This document shows positions 1-9,404 of a stretch of 45,039 nt of DNA, one piece after another; position 1 is the first letter of the stretch; the number at the start of each line of letters is the position of its first letter. Under the pieces are notes generated by a model. It was not told where the DNA came from. It saw only the letters and a list, made by a program, of their open reading frames with translations, and made no database searches. This DNA is from Pseudomonadota bacterium (lineage in GTDB: Bacteria; Desulfobacterota; Desulfobacteria; Desulfobacterales; RPRI01), in contig JBDRRF010000074.1 in the NCBI GenBank assembly GCA_043825875.1, positions 1 to 45,039 on the forward strand, in the 5' to 3' direction. The position numbers and the translations under genes were made by a program.

Positions 1-1
1 T

Positions 2-1294
2 TTCGGTAACCGGTTGACCAAAACCGATGCAAGTGGTACTATCTCCTACACTTATGACGCCAACGATCGTCTGCTATCGGAAGCCGGGCCGACATCTATT
101 GCCACCTACACTTATGATGATAACGGCAACACCCTTAGCAAAACCGAAGGTGTAGATACTACGCTTTACTCTTATGATTTTGAAAACAGATTGGTCGGTG
201 TTAATAGCGCAGCCGGAGCAATTGCCTACGGGTATGACTCAGACGGTATCCGGGTAGCCAAATCTACCGGAACAGTCATCACCCGCTACCTGGTGGACAA
301 GAACCGGGATTACGCCCAGGTGCTGGAGGAGACCGACAACAGCTCTTTGACAGTTAGTTATGTATATGGTGATGACCTGATCGCCCAAAACAGAGGCAGC
401 AGTTATTACTATCTGTACGATGGGCAGATGTCCACACGGCAGCTTGTGGATAACAGTGAGGCAGTTCTCAATGAATACACGTACGATGCCTTTGGTATTA
501 TCCTTGGTCAGGCTGGAGTAGTAGCTAATAATTACATGTATACTGGTGAGCAGTACGATCCTAATGCCGGGTTCTACTACCTGAGGGCGAGGTATTATGA
601 TCAGGGGTCAGGGAGATTCGTGACTAGTGATCCGTGGGAGGGGCATGCCTTTGAGCCGGTGACGCTGCATAAGTACCTGTATGCGAATGCGAATCCGGTG
701 ATGTATATTGACCCTTCAGGTCAATATGGTATTTTAACATTATTTTTAAGTAGCCCAGGAGCTAGAATATTATTAGCTAAACTGGGAATCACGAGTGCAT
801 TAACAGCTACAACCTTAGGGATTATTGCTCACGAAGCAATTGTACGTGATATTGCTTATTATTTCGAACCGTTTGCAGATAAGTTGTCAATAAAAGGAGC
901 AGGTCCAAATGCAGGATATGGTTTTGTAGATGTATACGTTCCACCAAATCAATTTTATGAAATAAAAGTTAGTGGCACCAGTGCTGTTGAACAAATAAAC
1001 CGATATAGTACCAAAGCAGATTTACAGCCAGGGAAAAATTCTGGTATTAAGAGAACCATAACTGATGTTCCTATTTATATAAAAAAGTTCCCAATTGTAA
1101 GATTAATAGGTATAAAAGTTAGTTATTGGTATGAGGCGCCTGGGTTACTATGGTATGATGTAGGACTTACTCAAACAGGTAAAGCTTTAGTTACAACTTC
1201 GATGCTTTTTCCGATGATGCATACAATCAACAAAAATAAATTGGCCACTCAGGAAGCAATGGCGTATTCTTTAGCAATGTTTGGAGTATTTTAA
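2..1294 (+). CDS. RHS/YD-repeat protein, 5'-partial, with C-terminal putative PD-(D/E)XK nuclease toxin
   Basis: Frame open from the window edge (FGNRLTK...). YD repeats and RHS core (YTGEQYD..GFYYLRARYYD..GRF..DP, YLYANANPVMYIDPSG), then an AT-rich C-terminal domain with FVD...YEIK...EQINRY motifs. Confidence 0.9.
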   Translation, partial: FGNRLTKTDASGTISYTYDANDRLLSEAGPTSIATYTYDDNGNTLSKTEGVDTTLYSYDFENRLVGVNSAAGAIAYGYDSDGIRVAKSTGTVITRYLVDKNRDYAQVLEETDNSSLTVSYVYGDDLIAQNRGSSYYYLYDGQMSTRQLVDNSEAVLNEYTYDAFGIILGQAGVVANNYMYTGEQYDPNAGFYYLRARYYDQGSGRFVTSDPWEGHAFEPVTLHKYLYANANPVMYIDPSGQYGILTLFLSSPGARILLAKLGITSALTATTLGIIAHEAIVRDIAYYFEPFADKLSIKGAGPNAGYGFVDVYVPPNQFYEIKVSGTSAVEQINRYSTKADLQPGKNSGIKRTITDVPIYIKKFPIVRLIGIKVSYWYEAPGLLWYDVGLTQTGKALVTTSMLFPMMHTINKNKLATQEAMAYSLAMFGVF

Positions 1295-1317
1295 TAAAAT
1301 TAGAAAGGAGTTCTTTT

Positions 1318-1992
1318 GTGAGTGAAACTAATATTATTATTAATAATTTGATTTCACATACATTTAAACAGTTTTTTAAGAAAGAGGGATATAAGAAGTC
1401 AGGTATTGATTTTATTAAAAAGGAAGATTCTATTATAAAGATAGTTAACTTTTGGCCTAGCCATTCAAGTTTTACAGTAAGCCTTGGCATATTTTTCCCT
1501 GCACTTAATAACTATATGATAACGAAACATATGGAAAATACCCCTAAACGTGTAGCAGATTGCCATATCCAACAACAAAACCTTGGTTTCCTATCAGATG
1601 CCAAGAAAGCAATATGGTGGGATTTATATGATAGAGCTAATGTAATAGATTTAGAAAAATTATCAAAAGAAGTTTTTGATCTTTTTACAAAGCATGGTCT
1701 TCCTTGGCTCAATGGGTGCAATAATTACGATCAAGCATTAGACTATTTGCTTGATAGGAAAGCTTACTCATTATTTCCACCATTTGCAATTCCAGCTTTA
1801 TATTTGGTTTTAGGAAAAAGAAAAGACGCAATAAATAGCTTAAAAGCTATTTATAACGATTACGAAAAGGCTTACTCAGATGAAGAGCTAAAAGATTATA
1901 GAGGTGCTATGGAAAGTATAACTAAAGTTCATAATGAATTCGCAAATAAAAACAACTTGGAAATTCAATTCTTGAATAAGTTCAACAAATAG
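1318..1992 (+). CDS. Putative immunity protein (DUF4304-like)
   Basis: Directly after the toxin; AAGGAG RBS before GTG; AT-rich; N-terminus FFKKEGYKKSG..F..IVNF...SFTVSLGI resembles DUF4304. Confidence 0.6.
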   Translation: MSETNIIINNLISHTFKQFFKKEGYKKSGIDFIKKEDSIIKIVNFWPSHSSFTVSLGIFFPALNNYMITKHMENTPKRVADCHIQQQNLGFLSDAKKAIWWDLYDRANVIDLEKLSKEVFDLFTKHGLPWLNGCNNYDQALDYLLDRKAYSLFPPFAIPALYLVLGKRKDAINSLKAIYNDYEKAYSDEELKDYRGAMESITKVHNEFANKNNLEIQFLNKFNK

Positions 1993-2001
1993 AGCTAAGC
2001 T

Positions 2002-2310
2002 ATGGGATGGACAATATATTATACAACAACATTAGTAGAACAGCTTTCGCCTGATGAAGAAAAAACGATAAATACTATTATAAAAAAATGGAACAAGAAA
2101 TTAGAAGACGGTTGTGAATATCTTTTTTTAGAAAAAAAAGATAACGGTAAAACTCTCGAAGGATTCAGTAAGGTGCAGCATAGTATTGAACCTGAGGAAG
2201 ATTTTAAGAGGATTGTATCGGCACTCAAGGAGATAGAAAAAACAATACCGGTGGTCAAATTCAAAATAACAGACGATTATGGTTTTATTAACGAAATTGA
2301 ATTAGGGTAG
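2002..2310 (+). CDS. Hypothetical protein, possible orphan immunity protein
   Basis: 102-aa ATG ORF 9 bp after the preceding gene, same composition, inside the RHS island. Confidence 0.6.
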   Translation: MGWTIYYTTTLVEQLSPDEEKTINTIIKKWNKKLEDGCEYLFLEKKDNGKTLEGFSKVQHSIEPEEDFKRIVSALKEIEKTIPVVKFKITDDYGFINEIELG

Positions 2311-2387
2311 TATTAGGAGAATACAGGTCAAGTTTACGTTTGACTTTTGTAATATTTAGCCAAAGGTTAGCTGTAATGCCCTGAACC

Positions 2388-2419
2388 GGAGTGATAGGGG
2401 ACGGGAGTGATAGGGGACG
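2388..2419. repeat. 16-bp tandem repeat (GGAGTGATAGGGGACG x2)
   Basis: Two exact adjacent copies at 2388-2403 and 2404-2419. Confidence 0.9.
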
Positions 2420-2594
2420 GGTATTGATATATTTATTGTGGACTGATGGGGGCTATTAGGGCCGCCTTGATTAGTGGTTTAGCCTTGGGGACTTGATTGC
2501 TGAGTTGTATTAACGATCCTATGGCACAACAGCCGCGTATACCTATGACAGCCTAAACCGCCTTACACTTCTTGAGAACCGAAAGTCCGGCGGT

Positions 2595-4139
2595 GTGCTG
2601 ATATCGAGTTACTATTATACCCTGGGACCTGCCGGCAACCGTTTATCCGTTGTCGAACAAAGTGGAAGAACAGTCAATTACACCTATGACGCACTCTACC
2701 GCCTGACCCAGGAAGCCATTACAGATCCGGCATTAGGCAATGAGACAATCGGCTATACCTATGATGCATTCGGTAACCGGTTGACCAAAACCGATTCTGA
2801 TGGTACGATCTCCTATACTTATGATGCCAACGATCGTATGCTATCGGAAGCCGGGCCAACATCTATTGCCACCTATACTTATGATGATAACGGCAACACC
2901 CTTAGCAAGACCGAAGGCGTTGGTACTACGCTTTACTCTTATGATTTTGAAAACAGATTGGTCGGTGTTAACACCGCAGCCGGGGCAACCGCCTACGGGT
3001 ATGACTCAGATGGTATCCGGGTAGCAAAATCTACCGGCACCGTCATCACCCGCTATCTGGTAGACAAGAACCGGGATTACGCCCAGGTTCTGGAAGAAAC
3101 CGACAACAGCTCTTTGACAGTCAGTTATGTATATGGAGACGACTTAATCTCCCAAAACAGAGGCAGCAGCTATTACTATCTCTACGATGGGCAGATGTCT
3201 ACAAGACAGCTTGTGGATAACAGTGAGGCTGTTCTCAATGAATATACGTACGATGCCTTTGGTATTATCCTTGGTCAGGCTGGAGTAGTTGCTAACAACT
3301 ACATGTATACGGGGGAGCAGTTTGATCCGAATGCCGGGTTCTACTATCTCAGGGCGAGGTATTATAATCAGGGGGTTGGGAGGTTTGTTACTGTCGATCC
3401 ATGGAAAGGTAATATCCATGAGCCTGTGTCATTGCATAAGTACCTCTATGCGAATGCTGATCCTGTAAACAACGTTGATTATAGTGGGAAATTTACTTTA
3501 GCTACAGTGATGTCCTCAACGGTTATTCGTGGAATTCTAATCAATTTTGCAACTTCAGCGGTGATTGGAGGGATAGACGCAGCATTGCGCGATGAGCCTA
3601 TTCTATCTGCTGCTTTTGAATCTGGTCTTGTTGGTGCCATTCTTGGCCCTATAGGAGTAATAAAATATCTTCGTCCTGTTCTAGTTGTAGGTGGATTAGG
3701 TGTGGGGCTATTAGGTGTTGTTGATGCAGTTGATGAAGGGAATCCTGAACTGGCTGTATTTCGGAGTTTACTCGTGCTAAATGGCGCTCGCTCATTCATT
3801 AAATCACTTGGTCCAGGAGGCAGGCTTGGCAAAAGACCTGTTCGAGCACAGAATAGAGCGATTGCAGATGAGTTGAAAGCTCGTGGTTGGGAAATTAAGA
3901 ACGGCGGGGGTTATGGTCCAGAAGAGTATTTGGCAGGGCCCGGAGGCGCTCGTAAAGGTAGCAATTATGTTGATATCACCGCAACAAAGAATGGTAAAAC
4001 AATTAGGATTCAAACTGTTACGACTACGGATGGTGTTAATCCAACACTTCAAGAGGCAGCGGCCGCTGCAATGATAAGACAAAAAACACCACCGGGTGAC
4101 CATTTGATTTTAATACCTAAACAAAATTGGAGTTTTTGA
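2595..4139 (+). CDS. Orphan RHS cassette (N-terminally truncated) with a different C-terminal toxin
   Basis: RHS-like frame begins about 2520 (YGTTAAYTYDSLNRL) right after an in-frame TAA, no clear RBS. Core ends ...NADPVNNVDYSG, then a Gly-rich hydrophobic linker and a C-terminal domain (EEY...YVDITATK..IRIQTV). Confidence 0.85.
   Translation: MLISSYYYTLGPAGNRLSVVEQSGRTVNYTYDALYRLTQEAITDPALGNETIGYTYDAFGNRLTKTDSDGTISYTYDANDRMLSEAGPTSIATYTYDDNGNTLSKTEGVGTTLYSYDFENRLVGVNTAAGATAYGYDSDGIRVAKSTGTVITRYLVDKNRDYAQVLEETDNSSLTVSYVYGDDLISQNRGSSYYYLYDGQMSTRQLVDNSEAVLNEYTYDAFGIILGQAGVVANNYMYTGEQFDPNAGFYYLRARYYNQGVGRFVTVDPWKGNIHEPVSLHKYLYANADPVNNVDYSGKFTLATVMSSTVIRGILINFATSAVIGGIDAALRDEPILSAAFESGLVGAILGPIGVIKYLRPVLVVGGLGVGLLGVVDAVDEGNPELAVFRSLLVLNGARSFIKSLGPGGRLGKRPVRAQNRAIADELKARGWEIKNGGGYGPEEYLAGPGGARKGSNYVDITATKNGKTIRIQTVTTTDGVNPTLQEAAAAAMIRQKTPPGDHLILIPKQNWSF
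2769..3467 (+). repeat. Second copy of the RHS core, near-identical to about 2-700
   Basis: Colinear at offset 2767 with mostly synonymous differences; similarity collapses after the DPSG/DYSG motif. Confidence 0.95.
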
Positions 4140-4140
4140 A

Positions 4141-4680
4141 ATGTCAAAGCTTTGTAACTTTTTTGCAACAAAAAACGACCTGATTCCAAGAATTAAAGAT
4201 GTGGAAACATCAATTGATGTTCATTATTTTTTATGTGGTCAATTTGATACCAAAAAGGTCATTGAATATGCTTCTTTGCTTAACATTAGAGATATTGGGA
4301 TATCAACTTTAGGAAAGGCAATATTAAGTGATATGTATCTTGTCCTTCCAAAAAGAAAGAATGTTAAACTGCAAAAAGTGTATTTAAAAAAAGGAGGAGT
4401 ACAATATGCGATTGATCAAGGCGCTAATCCTAAATCAATCATTATTTGTATCGGCGGAATATTTAAAAATCAATGTCTTATTTCATCATCAATCGGTACA
4501 ATAGGAACATTAAAGATTTCGAATGATCTCTTCCAAAAATATTCGAAATTGTTAACAAAGGGATTTACTAAAGTAAAAAGTTATTATGTCGGACAAGAGG
4601 CTATGCAAATGCTTGAGGCAGGCTACCGCCTTATAACAATAGGCATAGATTCTCCCAAGGAATACGATTTAGCACTGTAA
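4141..4680 (+). CDS. Putative cognate immunity protein of the second RHS toxin
   Basis: ATG 1 bp after the toxin stop codon; 179 aa; AT-rich. Confidence 0.7.
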   Translation: MSKLCNFFATKNDLIPRIKDVETSIDVHYFLCGQFDTKKVIEYASLLNIRDIGISTLGKAILSDMYLVLPKRKNVKLQKVYLKKGGVQYAIDQGANPKSIIICIGGIFKNQCLISSSIGTIGTLKISNDLFQKYSKLLTKGFTKVKSYYVGQEAMQMLEAGYRLITIGIDSPKEYDLAL

Positions 4681-4926
4681 TTTTTTAGGGGGGCCAAGAA
4701 AGTAACAGTTTAGTCCCCGTTTTTTACACGATTATCGAGACATCAGCTTGAATTGTTAAACAGGGGGTATTGGGGGACATTCTATACTCCCTATGTCAAG
4801 CGAAAACGTGTAAAATATAATTCAAATATAATCAGTTATTTATATTCTTAGCTAAATTGAGAAAACAGTTCTATCGTTGCACTTCCGGTAATGTGCATTT
4901 TACTTCCGGCGGTTCTCTCATGCGGC

Positions 4927-5110
4927 GAATTCCTTATCTAATCGTTACGTTTATCCGGCATCCCAGCTATTAGCTGACCACCACATCATTCCTTATCCAG
5001 ATTAAAGAATTCAGAGAGAAGCCCTTTATTGTCACTCCCGGAGTTGTTTCACTCCAACGTACTAAAACGGGCTTTCTCGCCGAAAATGCTCAAAGTAGTA
5101 TTTGCTTTGA
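4927..5110 (-). ncRNA. Candidate bridge/seek RNA of the IS110 remnant
   Basis: 5' hairpin (5090-5110) then two stems each with a large internal loop and a closing hairpin: 5014-5024/5069-5078 with inner 5040-5044/5051-5055, and 4927-4939/4999-5012 with inner 4964-4968/4972-4976. Confidence 0.5.
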
Positions 5111-5137
5111 TGTAATTAAATTTTAAGCTGTTTGATG

Positions 5138-5368
5138 CTAATCAAAATCCGTAGTTAAACGGCTTGCATCAAACGGTTCATTCTTTTTAAGCATAGCCCA
5201 TGCAATCACTAATAACTTTGCAGCCAATTTTACCCGCATTTTTGTTCGGATACCCCGTTCCTTTTGACGGCCTTCCAACATGTTATAAAAAAGTTGCCGA
5301 AAATTATCATTGACATTGGAAGCAATCAATCCGGCTTGGTATAGTCCGTATCGCAGATCGGAATTCCC
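5138..5368 (-). pseudogene. IS110-family transposase, C-terminal fragment
   Basis: Minus frame reads GNSDLRYGLYQAGLIAS...VKLAAKLLVIAWAMLKKNEPFD, typical of IS110 C-termini; the N-terminal DEDD domain is absent. Confidence 0.8.
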
Positions 5369-5370
5369 CG

Positions 5371-5615
5371 GTCAATGCCTATGATGCCGAAGGCAACCGC
5401 ATCTCCACCACTGACCAGGCCGGAAAAACAACAACATTAGAGTATGATGCTGTCAATCGTCTGGTGCGCACGATCTATGCAGACAGCAGCGCAACTCAAA
5501 TGGAATACAATAGTGCCGGTCAGCTCAAGGTTTCAGTAGATGCCCTGGGCAACCGTACAACGTTCGCCTATGACGCAGCCGGTCGCAGACTTTCGGTTAC
5601 CGATGCTTTGGGCCG
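5371..5615 (+). pseudogene. Internal RHS/YD-repeat fragment (not in the ORF track)
   Basis: Manual translation: VNAYDAEGNRISTTDQAGKTTTLEYDAVNRLVRTIYADSSATQMEYNSAGQLKVSVDALGNRTTFAYDAAGRRLSVTDALG; no start and no core. Confidence 0.85.
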
Positions 5616-5846
5616 GGGCAACTTGCCTCTGCAATGGGTGTAAGCCGCAGATCAGTAAATGAGCTTTGTACCGGCAAAAGATCTATCACCGTTGACACTG
5701 CATTAATGCTGGCAAAAGTATTCGGCAATACACCAAATTTTGGGCTTAATTTACAGCAACGCAATGATATATGGACAGCATTACACTCACCAAAGCGTAT
5801 GGAAAAAATTGAGAGTGTTAAACCGATTCGTGAAGCGATGGCTTGA
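5616..5846 (+). pseudogene. higA: HigA-family XRE antitoxin, N-terminally truncated
   Basis: GQLASAMGVSRRSVNELCTGKRSITVDTALMLAKVFGNTPNFGLNLQ matches the HigA HTH; the first helix and any higB are missing. Confidence 0.75.
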
Positions 5847-6053
5847 GTTTGATAATTATATGACAGGCCAACCGTAGTATATAACGTCCTTGACAAACTG
5901 GACTTATTAATCTTTTATTTTTCTACGTATCAATGTTTTTGCAACAGCATATCAGAAGCATCCAGCCTTGCTCGCCTCGGCATATTTATTATCCTTTAAT
6001 AATTTATAGAACGCTCGCAATATGTCCAATTAGTCAAGGACCCAAACCTTCCC

Positions 6054-6097
6054 CCAACGCAGAGATCGGCCAAAATGGGGCGTTTTGAAACTGGCTC
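6054..6097 (-). mobile_element. Partial copy (one end) of the MITE at 30621-30762
   Basis: Reverse complement matches 30621-30664 at 42/44 nt. Confidence 0.8.
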
Positions 6098-8081
6098 AAG
6101 CCTTTATCAATTGTTCATTGCAACGGCCAGATGATGTCATGAGACAAAAAGCATTTCTATCCTTTTCGCTTCCGATAATTGCCATAAGATCATTAGGCTT
6201 TAAAATAAAGTCAACACCAGGATTTGGCTTTAGCTGCCCATCCCTGAGAACACCTACCAACGAAGCACCTGATTTTTTGCGAATTTCACTCTCACCTATC
6301 GATTTATAGGCAATCGGGCTTTCCGGAACTAAACTCACCCATTGCAAATCAAATTGTTGTTCAGCGCCTCGGAGTTGGGATAGTACCCGATAATCGTTAT
6401 CTTTGTTATACAAATGTGCATAAAGTTCCTGTCGAATGGTATCGGTATGTCGTTGGACTTCGGTAACCGGAACCCGGAGGCGAAGAAGGGATTGACGGGT
6501 CATTTCAAGGCTTGCTTCGAACTCTGGGAATACAACCTCGGAAACACCCAAGTCCTTCAATAAATCGAAAGAATCCTGGCTTGATGTTCTCGCTACTATT
6601 TCAAGTTTGTTATTCAAACGCTTTGCCCGCGCTACTACCAATCTTGTTGAAAAAATTGAGGGAACTGTCAAAATCAGAAGTGAAGCATCTTTTATTCTGG
6701 CAGCATCAAGAACGGTTTCCTGGCTGGCATCGCCATAAACGACCGCCATGTCGGCATTCTTGGCTTGTTCGAACCGCAGGTGATCAAGCTCAATGATTAC
6801 AAATTGTATGTCTAAACGCTTCATGACCTGCGCTATTTGAAAGCCTACACGCCCGCCGCCGGCTATAACTACATGGTTGCCAAAGCCAGTATTGGGTATG
6901 TTAGATGACTCAAGCGCTTCATGCCGAAACCAGCGCTTCTTTAATGCGTATATCCGTGTAGTCTGGCCCGAAATGAGTGGTGTTAGTACCATAGTCAGGA
7001 TTGCGGAGGTCAATACCAAAGAGTAAAGATCGCTTCCAATAGAGTTCGTTGACAATCCCACATTTGCCAGAACAAAGGAGAACTCACCAATTTGAAACAG
7101 GCCCAGTCCAACAGCCAGGGGTATTACATATTTATATTTGAATATTCGAGCTATGAAAGCAAAGATAAATCCTTTGCAAATTCCTACGGCCAGCACTAAT
7201 AAAAGAACCTGCCAGATATGATCAAAAAGAAATATTGGATCTAAAAGCATTCCAACCGATGTAAAAAACAACAATCCAAAAAGATCGCGAAGCGGAATAA
7301 TATCACTTAGGGCTTGGTGGCCGTAGTCCGACTCGCTTAAAACCATACCAGCAACAAAAGCACCAAAGGCAAAAGAAAGCCCCACCATATGCGTAAAATA
7401 ACCCACGCCCAACCCAATGGCGGTGGTTGCGAGTAAAAAAAGTTCTCTTGAACCTAACCTGGCGATATGTGTCATTAGGTATGGCAACAACTTTGTGCCA
7501 AGCAATATCATCCCTGCAATGAAAGCTGCTGCTTTAATTACTGCTAAACCTATGGCAGACAATCCAACCGCAGGATTGTTCAGCTGAGGAAGTATTATCA
7601 TCATCGGAATCACAGCCAAATCCTGTACTATTAGCATCCCAATCATCACTTTGCTGGAAAGGGTCCCCAGCCAGCCTTGGTTCATCAGTGTTTTGAGAAG
7701 CACCATGGTACTCGAAAGAGAGATAAGGGCACCAAGCCAGAGAGACGGCTTCCAATCCCAGCCCATCAAGTGCCCGATACCAAAACCGAGACCTACTGTA
7801 AGGATAATTTGGATCGGGGTTCCTATAAGAGCCACTTTTTTAACTGGCTTTAGATCCTTAAGAGAAAACTCCAGCCCGAGTGCGAAAAGAAGAAGTGCAA
7901 TGCCGATCTCGGCAAGCAATTTAATTTCGGGAATATTTGATATCAGCCCTCCTGTATGTGGTCCTAAAATAATGCCTGCAACGATATAGCCTAAAATTAA
8001 TGGTTGCTTAAGTCGTTGCATTACCAGGCCACATAAAAATGCAGCAACAATAATAAGGATGATATCAGTAGCAATGCCCAT
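6096..8081 (-). CDS. CPA2-family cation:proton antiporter (KefC-like) with TrkA_N and TrkA_C domains
   Basis: Multi-TM N-terminus ([29 protein letters not shown]); cytoplasmic GGGRVG and YGDA motifs; C-terminal TrkA_C. Confidence 0.9.
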   Translation of the reverse strand: MGIATDIILIIVAAFLCGLVMQRLKQPLILGYIVAGIILGPHTGGLISNIPEIKLLAEIGIALLLFALGLEFSLKDLKPVKKVALIGTPIQIILTVGLGFGIGHLMGWDWKPSLWLGALISLSSTMVLLKTLMNQGWLGTLSSKVMIGMLIVQDLAVIPMMIILPQLNNPAVGLSAIGLAVIKAAAFIAGMILLGTKLLPYLMTHIARLGSRELFLLATTAIGLGVGYFTHMVGLSFAFGAFVAGMVLSESDYGHQALSDIIPLRDLFGLLFFTSVGMLLDPIFLFDHIWQVLLLVLAVGICKGFIFAFIARIFKYKYVIPLAVGLGLFQIGEFSFVLANVGLSTNSIGSDLYSLVLTSAILTMVLTPLISGQTTRIYALKKRWFRHEALESSNIPNTGFGNHVVIAGGGRVGFQIAQVMKRLDIQFVIIELDHLRFEQAKNADMAVVYGDASQETVLDAARIKDASLLILTVPSIFSTRLVVARAKRLNNKLEIVARTSSQDSFDLLKDLGVSEVVFPEFEASLEMTRQSLLRLRVPVTEVQRHTDTIRQELYAHLYNKDNDYRVLSQLRGAEQQFDLQWVSLVPESPIAYKSIGESEIRKKSGASLVGVLRDGQLKPNPGVDFILKPNDLMAIIGSEKDRNAFCLMTSSGRCNEQLIKA

Positions 8082-8359
8082 TAATTTGATCCTATCAATA
8101 TTTGAAGTTGATTTACGAGAGTTTGCTTAGACTATCTTATCGGTATTTAGTAATTAATACCAGCAAATGGTGTTTTCATGCCTTATATAATCTCATGCTC
8201 GGCAAGAAAAATCAACCGGTTCTGATAGTTATTGGTTTTATAAAACTCGAAAGGAATTGAAAAGAATGCTGGGGGAAGTATTTTTACCTAAAAGGTGCAA
8301 GAGGCAAAAACAGAAACCACTTGTTTGGGCTAAAGTAAATCAAACATCCTGCCCCATAG

Positions 8360-8396
8360 ATATTTTGTCCGGGCGCAATACACCCGGACAAAATAT
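8360..8396 (-). terminator. Inverted repeat, probable terminator of the hcr-like operon
   Basis: Perfect 14-bp arms ATATTTTGTCCGGG/CCCGGACAAAATAT 15 bp past the stop codon. Confidence 0.7.
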
Positions 8397-8411
8397 TATT
8401 ACTATCTGATT

Positions 8412-9404
8412 CTATTTTGCGTTATTACATGCCTGTTTGATCGATCTTTTCACAAGCACTCTTACCAGTTTGCGCTTGTACCATGCTGATATATTAAAAT
8501 GAGGCATGGGACGGACTTTTTCATAGGCTGCATCGGCAGCTTTTTCTATAAGTTCGTCTGTAACAGTGTTGCCTGCAAGAACTTTTTCAGCTTCCATAAG
8601 CCTTAACGGCCCTGATCCTACAGCAGTTACAGCGATTCTTGCGTTTTTGCACTTACCACCTGAAACAGTGATACATGCAGCAACTCCTGCAACAGGATAA
8701 TCTATTGCTGCACGTTGTGCCATCTTCAGGTAGGCGCTTCCTGTACCTTTGGGAGGTGTAGGTACAAAGATATCTTTTACAAAATCCGTTGGCTTAAGAA
8801 TGTTTACTTTCTTACTTTTGCCGGTATAAAAATCTTCGATTTTTATAATCTTCTCTTTGCCGGTACTGCCTACTATTGTTACTTTTGCGTCCAAAACAAT
8901 TAAAGCAGGGGGGGTGTCTGCCTGAAAAAGGGCAAGACATTCTTTGGAGCCTTTTGCGACAAAGCATCTGTCGCCTTCAAGCTTGAAGCATAAATGAGGC
9001 CGGCCTTTACGCCATTCATGCGACTGATTATAATACATGCACATAGATTCAATGCTGATATTTCCGCCTATTGTGCCCATGTTTCTTAACTGGGGGCTTG
9101 CCACTCTTCCGGCTGCCTGGGCAAGAGCCGTAAACTTTTCTTTCACAGGCTTTGATTTTGAAATATCATCAAGAGTAACAAGAGAGCCTAATATAAGTCC
9201 TTTTTTCTCGCCAAAATCTATTCTTTTCAGATCCTCAATTTTTGCTACATTTATAACAAATTTAGGGGTTACGATTCTTTGTTTCATCTTCGGCAAAATA
9301 TCGGTTCCCCCGGCAACTATGATGGCCTCTTTATTTTTTTTAAGAAGAGAGGTTATATCTTTAACATTTTTTGCTTCAAGGTATTCAAATTTAGGTAGCC
9401 TCAT
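8412..9404 (-). CDS. hcrB: Xanthine dehydrogenase-family FAD subunit, 4-hydroxybenzoyl-CoA reductase beta-like
   Basis: AGGTD and RNMGTIGGN FAD motifs plus a four-Cys insertion (CMYYNQSHEWR..CFK..GDRC..EC) like the HcrB [4Fe-4S] loop. Confidence 0.75.
   Translation of the reverse strand: MRLPKFEYLEAKNVKDITSLLKKNKEAIIVAGGTDILPKMKQRIVTPKFVINVAKIEDLKRIDFGEKKGLILGSLVTLDDISKSKPVKEKFTALAQAAGRVASPQLRNMGTIGGNISIESMCMYYNQSHEWRKGRPHLCFKLEGDRCFVAKGSKECLALFQADTPPALIVLDAKVTIVGSTGKEKIIKIEDFYTGKSKKVNILKPTDFVKDIFVPTPPKGTGSAYLKMAQRAAIDYPVAGVAACITVSGGKCKNARIAVTAVGSGPLRLMEAEKVLAGNTVTDELIEKAADAAYEKVRPMPHFNISAWYKRKLVRVLVKRSIKQACNNAK

Larger units (their letters stand above)
4782..5371 (-). mobile_element. IS110-family element remnant (transposase 3' end plus non-coding right end)
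   Basis: Transposase C-terminus followed by about 350 bp of structured non-coding DNA with an outward TTGACA (minus strand, 4794-4799) near the presumed end. Exact end is inferred. Confidence 0.6.

Noticed and set aside
5597..5896. 99-aa minus-strand ORF
   Set aside because: Antisense shadow of the higA fragment.
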